In this document: one piece after another, positions 1 through 11,900 of the stretch
Layout of the letters: every line of letters starts with the position of its first letter
Position numbering within the stretch: position 1 is the stretch's first letter
Assembly (NCBI GenBank): GCA_964016885.1
Contig: OZ024743.1
Location: forward strand, 347,634,001 to 347,698,000
Direction of reading: 5' to 3'
Source of the DNA: Eledone cirrhosa
Taxonomy: Eukaryota
Length of the DNA stretch: 64,000 nt
Notes under the pieces: model-generated
The model's database searches: none
What the model was told of the DNA's origin: nothing
The model's input: only the letters and a program-made list of their open reading frames with translations
Position numbers and translations under genes: made by a program

Positions 1-295
1 TTATACGAGCAGCTTTGGCCGACACTTTTTGCTTGATTGTTTCTATCAGCATGTCTATGTCACATGTTGATCTTATACTGTACTTTTTTTTCAATTTTCT
101 AAGTTTAGTTTGTTTAACATGTTCACCTACTTTATAGTTTGTTAAAATTTCCATGTCAGATCGGAGAAGGTTTATTTGGCGATTGATGTTATCTGTCCAA
201 GTACATTTCTTGTGGGAATTCCTTTGTTTTTTCATCTTCACTCCACATAAGTGAGTGGTGACTTTAGCCGATGCATAATAGAGATGATTTAAGTC
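1..295 (-). mobile_element. R4/Dong-type RLE non-LTR retrotransposon, 5'-truncated copy running off the window's left edge
   Basis: Minus-strand translation DLNHLYYASAKVTTHLCGVK...WTDNINRQINLLRSD...LKKKYSI...LIETIKQKVSAKAARI (one stop) resembles the pre-RT region of R4/Dong ORFs. It starts next to the (TAA)n tail of the adjacent copy. Confidence 0.65.
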
Positions 296-296
296 A

Positions 297-343
297 GTAA
301 TAATGATTATTATTATTATTATTATTATTATCATTATTATTAT
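297..343. repeat. (TAA/TTA)n microsatellite between the two Dong-type copies
   Basis: Direct reading. Confidence 0.95.
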
Positions 344-1748
344 AGTTGCATTTATCTTGCTTTATGTTCATACGAGTTATCACCAAGTCACATAGTGACC
401 TCAAGAGACAACAAGGTCCGCCATGTTCAAGAAAGAACATACATACTCACACATGCATCCTTAGTGTTTAGACTTGTGATGTAGTTATATTAACAGAATC
501 TTCCTTAGTATATGGGCAGTTCCCATTAGTACTATCTTTTGTATTTCTCCTATACGCGGGTTTCCTGGGATTTGCGATAAGTAATCATTAGACCCCTTAG
601 GTATCATTTCCAGAGCGCCTACAACCACTGGTATTGTTTTAGTTCTCAATTTCCACATTTTTCCAATTTCTATCTCCAGGTCCTTATACTTGCAAAATTT
701 TTCAAATGTCTTTATAGACACATTCTTGTCTATTGGAACAGACATATCAATTAGCAGGCATACCCTCTTTTGAAAGTCCTTCAATATTATATCAGCTCTA
801 TTTGCATCTATTTTTCGGTCTGTTTGGATGCTAAAGTTCCACAAGATTCAGATGTGATCTTTTTCAAGTATGGGAGGTGGTTGATGCTCCCACCTATTCT
901 TTTGATGGGGCAGGTCAAAATGCTTACACATTATCCAATGTATGTATTGTGCAGCTCTGTCATGCCTGTTTAGGTATTCGGTTGGAGCTATAGGACTGCA
1001 CATTGAAATTATATGGTCAATGGTCTCTGGTTGTTTTTTAGCATACACGGCATAATGGGCTGCACCCATTTTTTATTATGTTGGCTTGGTAATTTTTTGT
1101 TGGCAGACACTGATCTTGTGCCGATATAATCAGTCCTTCAGTCTCCGATTTCAGTCCAGAGGATGCCAACCACTGATGGGTTAAAGTTTTGTCAACATCA
1201 GGATTGTTAGCTCGCTCTGGGTATTTTCCATACAGAGGCTTTTCTTGCCATTTCTTAGTCAGTTTCTGTAGCAGTTCTTTCTTTGCAGTTACTTTTACCT
1301 GCTTTGCTTTTTCTGTGTTTTCCATTTCAGCAGTAAATGAGACTTCTGAAATTTGTAGTCCATTACTGTATCTTTGTGCATCTTTTGTAATGGAATATGA
1401 TCTTTTGATGCTTTCGTGTTTCAAAACGAGTTTGATCATCCAATCATGTGATTCCCTTAGATATGTAGATAATCCAATTGTTGCAGTTTTCAACGCAATG
1501 TCTAACTGGATTAACCCACGTCCTCCTTCTTTCCTAGGGAGATATATTCTATCTATATCTGCCTTAGGGTGATGCATTCTGTGCATGGTTAAGAATTTTC
1601 GAATTTTTGTATCGAGCCTACGGATCTCTGTGCTTGACCAGTTGATGACATTGTAACTGTAGGTTACTACTGGTATGGCAAGCGTGTTTATGGCATCGAT
1701 CCTATTCCTTGCATTCAATTCCGTTCTTAAGATTGCTCTTACTCTGAA
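344..1748 (-). mobile_element. R4/Dong-type non-LTR retrotransposon, 5'-truncated and pseudogenised (RT thumb, CCHC finger, RLE endonuclease)
   Basis: ORF pieces 1038-1718, 848-1069 and 485-844 give LYLPRKEGGRGL-like (IYLPRKEGGRGL), CRVC..ETIDHIISMC, RHD, NRADI..LLIDMSVP..K..KY. There is a frameshift near 1040 and a stop at 848. The 3' UTR (344-484) ends in (TAA)n on the sense strand. Confidence 0.9.
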
Positions 1749-1750
1749 AA

Positions 1751-1786
<36 letters not shown>
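1751..1786. repeat. (ATT)12 microsatellite at the divergence point of the Dong and Tx1 arrays
   Basis: Direct reading. Confidence 0.95.
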
Positions 1787-2002
1787 GAATGCCATGGTTG
1801 ACGGAGGCTCGGCTCTGTAAGGTATAGTAATTTTTAACCGTTAAAACAATTGTAAATTGTTTAAAACTTGAACCAAATTGTTGATAAAGACACCCTCCTC
1901 CTCGTGAGAGGGGTCTTTCTGTCCGTTATTTGGCCCTTCGGGGTTAAATAACCAGTTATTGGGGTTTTGTACCCAAAATTTCATTTTAAACAAAAAAACA
2001 AC

Positions 2003-3699
2003 ATGGCTACGAAAAAGAAATTTCATACGTCACTCCCACTCATTCCGTCTTCTTCTTCCTCAATCATCACTACAGCAGAGAGAAGATTGTCTCTCTCCCT
2101 CCCTTCTTTAAATGTGTCTCTCTCCCTCCCTTCTCTTTCGCAAGCGACGAAAGAAAAGAAAAGTCTCGTGCAAAGCGTGCAAGGTTTCTCCACGACGACG
2201 ACGACAGCGACGAAACAGGTGTGCGGGAAATACGAAAACCCAGTTCATTCGTCTGACGTCAGGAATAATAGCAGTAGCAGCCGTAATAACAACAGCAACA
2301 GTGACAATGAAAACAACAGTAGCAGCCGCAACAGCATCACCAGCAGCATAAACAACAACAGCATTAGCAGCAGCAACACCAACAACAACTACAGCAACAG
2401 CGGCGGAGGCAGTAGTCGTAGTACCTGCAACAACAACAAAAGTAGCAGCAGCTCTGACGACAACAACAACAGCAGAGAAAAACCAATCTCATTTGCAGGT
2501 ATTGCGAAAAACTTGGAAACAATCCTCATAACAAATGAGGAATTAGAGGAAGCGAAGAAGATGGTGACAAAGAACGGACACCGAGCAATCTGCAAGGCAG
2601 CGAAAATTTTTTTCGAAACCCAAGAGCACTGTACGGTCACGTACCGTACAGTAAGTACAAAATCCCGTAGGGTGGAAAGAGCCACAGAGGCCCAAATACA
2701 AAAAGCCTTGGGGTCTGTGTGGCAGCGGAAAACGCACATCACCCGAGGCAAAAAATATGCCACCGTAGACGTACTTTTTGCCACACCCCAGGAGGCAAAG
2801 GCCCAATCAGTAGTGATCCTAAGGAGCGAGGAAATGGTGTTGGTGCCCTCCTACTGTGGGCAAAAAATTGTGAGGGTCAAACTGACCCACGTCCCCCCCC
2901 CGGAATGACCCCTTCTTGGCTGGCCGCGTCTGTCCTCGTCGGAATCGAGGACAAAACAACTGTACTGCAAGTACAGAAAAAAGTAAGAAAAGATTGGGTC
3001 GGCTCCTCCATTGAGATGCTAATCCAAACCAACCAGGAGTGCATCGAAGCTATCCCGGATGTGATAGACTTCGATAACGGCACTCAACTGCCCATAAGTG
3101 TTGAGGGCAAACGCCCGAAATGCTTTCGCTGTGGATCGAAGACTCACCTCAGGGCCTTCTGCAACGAGAAGACCCTGAGAAAGGAGAAAACCCCCCTCCT
3201 TCCGAATCCGGCTCCACGGCTACCAGCAACAGGACAAGCGGCAACCAGGAACGATAGGCCCGTGGCACCCATACCCACTCCACGGAAATCAAAAACAGCA
3301 GCAGCAGTGGAAATACTAACAACAACAACAGCAATACCAAATGCAGCTGCAACAGAGACTCCAGTGCAAACATCACCAACAACAACAAGTGAAAGAGTGG
3401 AGTTGGTACCCCTCCCCGACCTCACAGAATCAGACATGGAGTGTGAGGTGGGAGAGAGATGGCAAAAGGTCGTAAGAAGGCACAAACGCAGAAGCAGCGC
3501 ATCGTCGCCTTTGAAAAGGGAGGAAAGAAATGAGAAAAGGGTAAAGTCTACTGCAAAGAGACCCACAGCAGCAACAACACCAACACCATCACCACCCACA
3601 CTAGCACCATCATCACCACCGGCGGCAACCCCACCGCCAACAACAACAACACCTTCAAAACCACCACCACAAACACCAACATATTTTGTAGGGAAATAG
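2003..3699 (+). pseudogene. Tx1 ORF1 (N/S-rich region, RRM-like domain, CCHC knuckle, P/T linker)
   Basis: ATG at 2003, one frameshift in the C9 run at 2893-2901, knuckle CFRCGSKTHLRAFC. Colinear with the ORF1s of copies 2 and 3. Confidence 0.8.
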
Positions 3700-6491
3700 A
3701 TAGGTCTAGCATAGGCTGTCCACAATTCAAGATAGTCAGCTACACGGACCACAAATTCGTGATCTGTGTGCTTGACTTAGATAGGCTTCATAGACGAGGA
3801 CCCGGCTACTGGAAGCTAAACGCGTCCTTACCAGCGCGCAAGGCCTACAGAGACCGGATTAGCGAACTAGTTAAGCGGGCGTTGACGGGGGCCATCGTCA
3901 ACAACAAGTGGTGGTTTGCTCTGAAAAGAGCGATTAGAATAGAATCGATTAGGTTTAGTAAGGCTTTAGCAATAGAGAAAAATAGAGCAGAGGGAGAACT
4001 AGTTAGAAAATTAGACGAGGCGCTTAGCAAAGGCATTGCGACCGACGTGCTTGCGGCGAAATTGGCCCTTGACCAATTCTTCAATGCAAAGCACGAAGGC
4101 TGCGTTGTCAGAGCAAGGGTGCGTGCTCTCAGACACGAGGGGACGAAAGCCGTGCAATGGGCCCGAGTGGCGGAGGCGCGTCGTGGCAACAAAGCCACGA
4201 TCCGGTCTTTGGTGGACCACGACGGGCGCATGCTACTCGATCCCGGGCAAATGTGTGAAGCTTTTCAGCGACACTTCGCTCAGCTGTTCGGGGGCAGCGG
4301 GGGGCCGGGTAGAGGGATGGACTTTAGTGTCTACCTCGACGGACTGCCGCGGCTCTCGGCCACTGAGGCGAAGTGTTGCGAAAAGCCGATAACAGCCGCT
4401 GAAGTAAGGGAGGCAATGACTGGCTGCACAAGGGGTAAATCGCCTGGTTTGGATGGTCTGCCCTATGAACTTTACGTACAGATGCCAGACTTGTTCGGAG
4501 GCCTCTTGGCGGACGTCTACTGCAACTGGCAACAGAACGGGAGAATTCCCAGTTCTGTGAGCCGAGGAGCGGTGGCACTGCTGAGAAAGGATCCGAACAA
4601 GGGGGATAACATAGAAAATTTCTGGCCCATAACTCTGCTAAACACAGAGTTCAAGATTTTGGCCAAGGTGCTAGCAAAGAGGTTGGCGCTTGTCGTTGGT
4701 GGTCTGGTGGGAGAGGCGCAGGCATGCGCCATTCCCGACAGATCCATCCACGACAACCTCCACCTCATGCGATACATCGTAGAGAGGGTAGCTAGGGAAC
4801 CTGGCACGGGTGGGTCCTTGATCAATTTAGATCAGTCGAAAGCTTTCGATAGGGTCGACCATCGTTACCTAGCGGCAGTCCTGAGGGCGGCTGGCTTTGG
4901 GCCCGTCTTCAGAGGCTGGATCGCTGCCATGCACAGCGACATCTGCTCTGTGGTGAGAGTGAACGGTCACCTGTCGGAACCGTTCAACATCATGCGCTCG
5001 GTCCGCCAAGGATGTCCCCTCTCGTCCCTCTTGTACGTATTGACTCTCGAGCCATTACTGCACAAACTGGAGACGTTGAGGGGAGTCCCGCGCGAACTAG
5101 GATGCGGAAGATCCGTGTCAGCATATGCGGACGATGTCACCGTAGTGGTGTCGAACGCCAAACACATCGAGGCGATCGGCACTACACTAAGAGAATACGA
5201 AGCGGTGACAGGAGCAATGATCAACCAGGAAAAGTCAGTGGGCCTGCAGCTCGGCACCTGGAGAGGCAGGTCCATGCCGTCCAACAGCGTCGTCGGGCGC
5301 TGGACGGACGGACCGGTTAAATTGCTAGGGGTCTGGTTCGGTCCGGACCTCCAGACGGACAAAAACTGGGACGAGGTGACGAGCAGGGTGGCTTCTCTCA
5401 CCCAGAAATGGGCGGAGAGGAAGCTATCCCTGAAAGGTCGAGCGGAGGTGGCTAACGCGTACATCGCGTCTGTCATCTGCTACCGCCTAACCGTCGTACC
5501 TTGTCCTAAGCCTCGCCTGACTGCGCTGGAGCGTTTGCTCTTTCGCTTTTTGTGGAAGGGACGTGCTCCGATGGTCAGGCGGTCCATCTGTTGTCAACAC
5601 CCGCTACGTGGAGGGCTGGGCATGCCGTGGCTGATGATGCGCAGGCACGCGCTCAGGCTACGACATCTCCACCTCTTCCTCGACGGTGATCAGGTGTGGT
5701 CGCCGTTTGCTAGGCGCGTTTTTCCCCAGCTCGTTTCCTTGACGGAGCTGCAGTCCTGGGTCAAGCGAAGACCGAGAGGGAGCGCCTGGAGACTGGAATG
5801 TCTTCAGGCGCTCACAGCCCTCGACCAATCGGGCAATGTGATCGGTGGAAACTCCACCTCGGCGTTCTATAGAGGATTAGTGGAGGGGAAGAGCGACGAC
5901 GTACTTGGGGAAACTCTAGGCGTCGACGAAAATCAACTAGCCAATCTCTTCGGAAGAACTTTCGGGCCAGGGCCTATGGACAACTTCCAGAAATCTCTGG
6001 CCTGGCAGTGCTACCGAGGAGCCTTGCCAGTTCGGGATAAACTCTACAGGCATGGAGGTGCCGTCAGCCGGGCATGTCCGAGATGCGCGCAGGGCGACGA
6101 AACCGTCCTGCACGCACTCGTCCAGTGTCCGAAAATTGCTGACTTGTGGGTTTATGTCGAACACCTGCTGTCGCGTTTAGGACGGATCCAGCTATCATCT
6201 GAGTCTATCGTGAGGATTGCCCCGCCCTCCTCCTTTAGCCGGGAAGGGCAGGCAGTTTTTATCTGTCTGGTGGCCATGGCGAAAGAGATAGTATGGTGGA
6301 CACGTTTGAAAGGGCTGAAGACGAGCACTTACCTCTTCGGTGATGCTCTGATTGACTTTTTCAAATTTCATTTGAAAAGGAAAATCAGAGTAGAGAAGGA
6401 AGTGCTCTCTTCCCAGCATTTTGTTGAAAGATGGGTGAGAGAAGCAAGAATGGCCCGAGTGAATGGGCCGACTCTGAGTATATATCTGTAA
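3682..6491 (+). CDS. Tx1 ORF2 lacking most of the endonuclease: reverse transcriptase plus C-terminal zinc finger
   Basis: Open frame with YTDH, PGYWKLN, KSPGLDG, DQSKAFD, QGCPLS, YADD, CPRC..ETVLHALVQC. Near-identical to 9574-12383. Confidence 0.9.
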
Positions 6492-6751
6492 ACTAAAGGT
6501 GGAAAACTGGGAGAGGGCACTTGCCTTGGTGGTCAGGGTCATTGTGGCTTTTTACTGGGCTTTCTCCACAAATGTCCCTCCGAAGTCTCCCCCCTATTGG
6601 GGAATTTTTCATTGTTATTTTCATTGTTATTTTTGTTACATCCTCTGTTTTTGTTTTTTTACACGCAGAAATGCCCATTTGTACCGTCCTGCATTGTCCT
6701 GCACTGTCCTTAATGTCTACTTTATGTAAACCCTTGTGGTTAATAAAGAAA

Positions 6752-6753
<2 letters not shown>

Positions 6754-6801
<48 letters not shown>
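6754..6801. repeat. (ATT)16 spacer between Tx1 copies 1 and 2
   Basis: Direct reading. Confidence 0.95.
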
Positions 6802-7015
6802 GGCGACCTACATAGTAAATCGTATCATCGTGAGCTCCGCAAATGTTTGTTATTTTCAGTTGTTTAATTGCCATTTATGGAAAATTTTTATTGTTAACTG
6901 TATATAAGTGCACATACACTGATTTCTGAAAAGGACACTCAAAAATATTGGGGCCTTGAGCCCAAAATTAAAATTTTTTTATAATTATCAAACAAAAATG
7001 TTTCTTTGAAAAATC

Positions 7016-8929
7016 ATGGATGATTCAGAGTCACTCCTTCCTCACAATCTAACAGCTCACACCGACACCACCATTGTAAATATTGCTACGTTTGCCAACA
7101 CTGGAAATGTAAGCAGTAGCAATATTTTTAATTTGTCTCAGGCAGACGTACATTTCCCGCCATTACCAATGACTGCAGGTGTTAAAGCCGCCACCACCGC
7201 GACAACCCCCCCCCCACCACCACAGCGACAACAGAAACAAAAGAAACAAATAAATTAACTCGTGATATCGAAATGAATTCAACCAAAATGAACTCTTCCA
7301 CACCGAACACCACTAACGCCGCCACCACAAACAACTGAAACTAAAATTAACAATAACAAAAATAACGATAACAACAACAGCAACAATGAAATTAAGAAAA
7401 CTACCCTGAGTTTTGCTAGAGTAGCAAAAACGTGCGAAGCGATCCAGGTAACTGAGGAGGAATTAGAAGAAGCTAAAGGAATGGTAAAGAAAGATGGGTA
7501 CAGGGTCAGCCTCACCCCTCCCACCTAATAAAATGGAGCAACGTCGTCTATGCACCGTGTCTTATCGGACAATTACCATAAAATCGCGCCGAGTGTAACG
7601 GGCATCCGAGTCCCAAATCCAAAAACTTTGGGTCATGTGTGGGCAAAAAACCCACATCAGACGTGGGCAGAAATATGGAATGTGGACGTGTTCTTTGAAA
7701 CACCACAGGAGGCCATAGAACACTCCCTGGCCCCATTAAGAAGTGACGACTTCTCACTCGTCCCAAGCTATTGTGTCCAGAGACTTGTGAAGATCAGGGT
7801 GACCCACGTTCCACCGGCCATCGAAATTCCCTGGCTAATGGTTGCCGTCCTTGCCGACATCGAGGCCAACACCAAGATAATAGAAATAGCGAAAGAGAAG
7901 CAGGAGAACTGGTCCGGATCTGGGATGGAGCTCCTGATCCAAGCGGACCATAAAAGCATTGAGGAGATCCCAGAGGTAATAGACCTCACTGACGGCAGCC
8001 ACCTCACCGTAATCGTCGAGGGCAGAAGACTTAGGTGTGTCGTTTGTGGTGAAGGAACCCACCTAAGGGCTTCCTGCCCCCAGGCTAAAAGGTAGAGGCC
8101 ACCTCTCTTACCCGCCCCAGTGACTCAACCATCAACATCACCAGCAGCAGAAATGGCAGCAACAACTGTAGCAGCAACAACCCCAGCAACAGTAGCAAAA
8201 CTAACACCACCACCACCCATCGCGCCAGAACTAGCACCAGCGCCTACACCATCCACCACGCCACAACCAAAACCAACGCCTGTGGAGGATTTTCCACTCC
8301 CCGGCTTATCGCAACTGCAGACAGATTGTGACGACGAGGAGTGGGAAACGGTATCAGGATAAAAGAAAAAAAGAAACCAAAAAGGAAAAAATTCTCTTCC
8401 TTCCCTCTCCAAAAACAAAATACAGAGGGAAACAAATAAATTATCAAACAAAAAAGTTAGGTCAGATAGGCCACTATCCACACCAGCATCACCAACCCCA
8501 TCACCACAAACATCACCACCATCACCATCATTAACCCCAACACCACCATCACCAACACCACAAAAGTCACCAAAAAGCGTAACAGAAACAAACCCACAAC
8601 AAACGCAAACAAAACAAAACAACCAAAACGATACACACTATACAGCATTAAATTTGAACAACAACCAATTATTACACTACATCCAACACAACACCAACAT
8701 CACAGGAATAGACTACACAACAACCCAAAAGTTCACACCACCTCCACACATACAAATCACTCGCATCACACAGAAAACGTACACGACACTAAAACAAAAA
8801 TTCCCCAAAGACATCGGAGACTTCCGACAAACACTTTCCAGGAGGATTTATAAGGACATCCTTCCGGAGGAGGCCACAAGCAGTGAAAAGGATGGACAAA
8901 CCATCCTTCCTCTACGAGAAGTAAGGTAA
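7016..8929 (+). pseudogene. Tx1 ORF1 with several frameshifts and stops
   Basis: Fragments LSFARVAK, VDVFFETPQEA, VTHVPP, CVVCGEGTHLRASC. Stops at 8093 and 8360 plus frameshifts. Confidence 0.8.
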
Positions 8930-8963
8930 GTGGTCTTTCCCATCTTTTCCACTCCATTTCAAC

Positions 8964-11900
8964 ATGACCTCACTCAGAATAGGCAGCATAAATGCGCGTG
9001 GCTTGGGGTCGTCATGGAATCAGGGCCACCTGCTCAACGACCTCAGGTCACTAAACATAGATGTAGTGGCCATCAGCGAGACCAGAATCTCCGAAGCACA
9101 GGCTTTCGCACCGATCTTCGGCGGCTACGATGTGTACGCATCTCCCAGCCGTCCGGGATCGGGGGGAGGAGTTGCTGTGCTTTTTCGGAGAGGTTTGGAT
9201 CTTGCCATACGGGCCATCTTCCTGGACCCAGAAGGTAAGTTGGTGGTGCTGGACGTGACCAGCGGAGACGGGCAAGCTTTCAGGTTAGTGGCCGTCTATG
9301 CCCCGACAGGAGCAGGGCGGCCTGATTTCTTCCGGCGTCTGGAGACCTTTCTTGGAACGTCCCGCTCTTTAGTGTTAGTGGGCGACTGGAAGGGGATCTT
9401 AGATGCACGCTGGGATTGTGTGGGATTAGTGGATAGGGAAGGAGGGTGCAAGAGTCTCACCAACCTGCTCAGACGTTTTGAACTGTCTGACAGGTACCGA
9501 ATGGATTTCCCGAATGTACCAATGTGGACTTGGACAAATCGCATAGGGTCATCCAGATCATATCTAGATAGAGTATTTTGTAGGGAAATAGATAGGTCTA
9601 GCATAGGCTGTCCACAATTCAAAATAGTCAGCTACACGGACCACAAATTCGTGATCTGTGTGCTTGACTTAGAAAGGCTTCATAGACAAGGACCCGGCTA
9701 CTGGAAGCTAAACGCGTCCTTACCAGCGCGCAAGGCCTACAGAGACCGGATTAGCGAACTAGTTAAGCGGGCGTTGAAGGGGGCCATCGTCAACAACAAG
9801 TGGTGGTTTGCTCTGAAAAGAGCAATTAGAATAGAGTCCATTAGGTTGAGTAAGACTTTAGCAATAGAGAAAAATAGAGCAGAGGGAGAATTAGTTAGAA
9901 AATTAGATGAGGCGCTTAGCAAAGGCATCGCGACCGACGTACTTGCGGCGAAATTGGCCCTTGACCAATTCTTCAATGCAAAGCACGAAGGCTGCGTTGT
10001 CAGAGCTAGGGTGCGTGCTCTCAGACACGAGGGGACGAAAGCCGTTCAATGGGCCCGAGTGGCGGAGGCGCGTTGTGGCAACAAAGCCACGATCCGGTCT
10101 TTGGTGGACCACGACGGGCGCATGCTACTCGATCCCGGGCAAATGTGTGAAGCTTTTCAGCGACACTTCGCTCAACTGTTCGGGGGCAGTGGCGGGCCGG
10201 ATCGAGGGATGGACTTTAGTGTCTACCTCGACGGACTGCCGCGGCTTTCGGCCACTGAGGCGGAGAGTTGCGAAAAGCCGATAACAACCGCTGAAGTACG
10301 GGATGCAATGACTAGTTGCACAAGGGGTAAATCGCCTGGTTTGGATGGTCTGCCCTATGAACTTTACGTACAAATGCCAAACTTGTTCGGAGGCCTCTTG
10401 GCGGACGTCTACTGCAACTGGCAACAGAACGGGAGAATTCCCAGCTCTGTGAGCCGAGGAGCGGTGGCGCTGCTGAGAAAGGATCCGAACAAGGGGGATA
10501 ACATAGATCATCTTAGGTCCATAACTCTGCTAAACACAGAGTTCAAGATTTTGGCCAAGGTGCTAGCAAAGAGGTTGGCGCTTGTCGTTGGTGGTCTGGT
10601 GGGAGAGGCACAGACATGCGCCATTCCCGACAGATCCATCCACGACAACCTCCACCTCATGCGATACATCGTAGAGAGGGTAGCTAAGGAACCTGGCACG
10701 GGTGGGTCTTTGATCAATTTAGATCAGTCGAAAGCCTTCGATAGGATCGACCATCGTTACCTAGCGGCAGTCCTGAGGGCGGCTTGCTTTGGGCCAGTCT
10801 ACAGAGGCTGGATCGCTGCCATGCACAGCGAAATCTGCTCTGTAGTGAGAGTGAACGGTCACCTTTCGGAACCGTTCAACATCATGCGCTCGGTCCGCCA
10901 AGGATGTCCCCTCTCGTCCCTATTGTACGTATTGACTCTCGAGCCATTACTGCACAAACTGGAGACGTTGAGGGGGGTCCCGCGCGAACTAGGATGCGGA
11001 AGATCCGTGTCAGCATATGCCGACGATGTCACCGTAGTGGTGTCGAACGCCAAACACATCGAGGCGATCGGCACTAAACTAAGAGAATACGAAGCGGTGA
11101 CAGGAGCAATGATCAACCAGGAAAAGTCAGTGGGCCTGCAGCTCGGCACCTGGAGAGGCAGGTCCATGCCGTCCAACAGCGTCGTCGGGCGCTGGACGGA
11201 CGGACCAGTTAAATTGATAGGGGCCTGGTTCGATCCGGACCTCCATACGGACAAAAACTGGGACGAGGTGACGAGCAGGGTGGCTTCTCTCACCCAGAAA
11301 TGGGCCGAGAGGAAGCTATCCCTGAAAGGTCGAGCGGAGGTGGCGAATGCGTACATCGCATCCGTCATCTACTACCGCCTGACCGTCGTACCTTGTCCTA
11401 AGCCCCGCCTGACTGCGCTGGAGCGTTTGCTCTTTCGCTTCTTGTGGAAGGGACGCGCTCCGATGGTCAGGCGGTCCATCTGCTGTCAACACCCGCTACG
11501 TGGAGGGCTGGGCATGCCGTGGCTGATGATGCGCAGACACGCGCTCAGGCTACGACATCTCCACCTCTTCCTCGACGGTGATCAGGTGTGGTCGCCGTTT
11601 GCAAGACACGTTTTTCCCCAGCTCGTCTCCTTGACGGAGCTGCAGTCCTGGGTCAAGCGAAGACCGAGAGGGAGCGCTTGGAGACTGGAATGTCTTCAGG
11701 CGCTCACAGCACTCGACCAATCGGGCAATGTGATCGGTGCAAACTCCACCTTGGCGTTCTATAGGGGATTAGTGGAGGGGAAGAGCGACGACGTACTTGG
11801 AGAAACTCTAGGCGTCGACGAAAATCAACTAGCCAATCTCTTCGGAAGGACTTTCGGGCCGGGGCCTATGGACAACTTCCAGAAATCCCTGGCCTGGCAG

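Larger units (their letters stand above)
1787..6753 (+). mobile_element. Tx1-clade LINE copy 1 (ORF1 fused to endonuclease-truncated ORF2)
   Basis: 5' UTR, gag-like ORF1, junction near 3682 into the late APE domain, RT ORF to 6491, 3' UTR with AATAAA (6742) and (ATT)n tail. Confidence 0.9.

Noticed and set aside
1787-1900. HDV-like ribozyme at Tx1 5' ends
   Set aside because: I could not build the nested double pseudoknot in any copy.
2891-2908. Programmed frameshift in Tx1 ORF1
   Set aside because: The C9 run has two more C than needed for the VPPG seen in paralogs, so homopolymer slippage or sequencing error is simpler.
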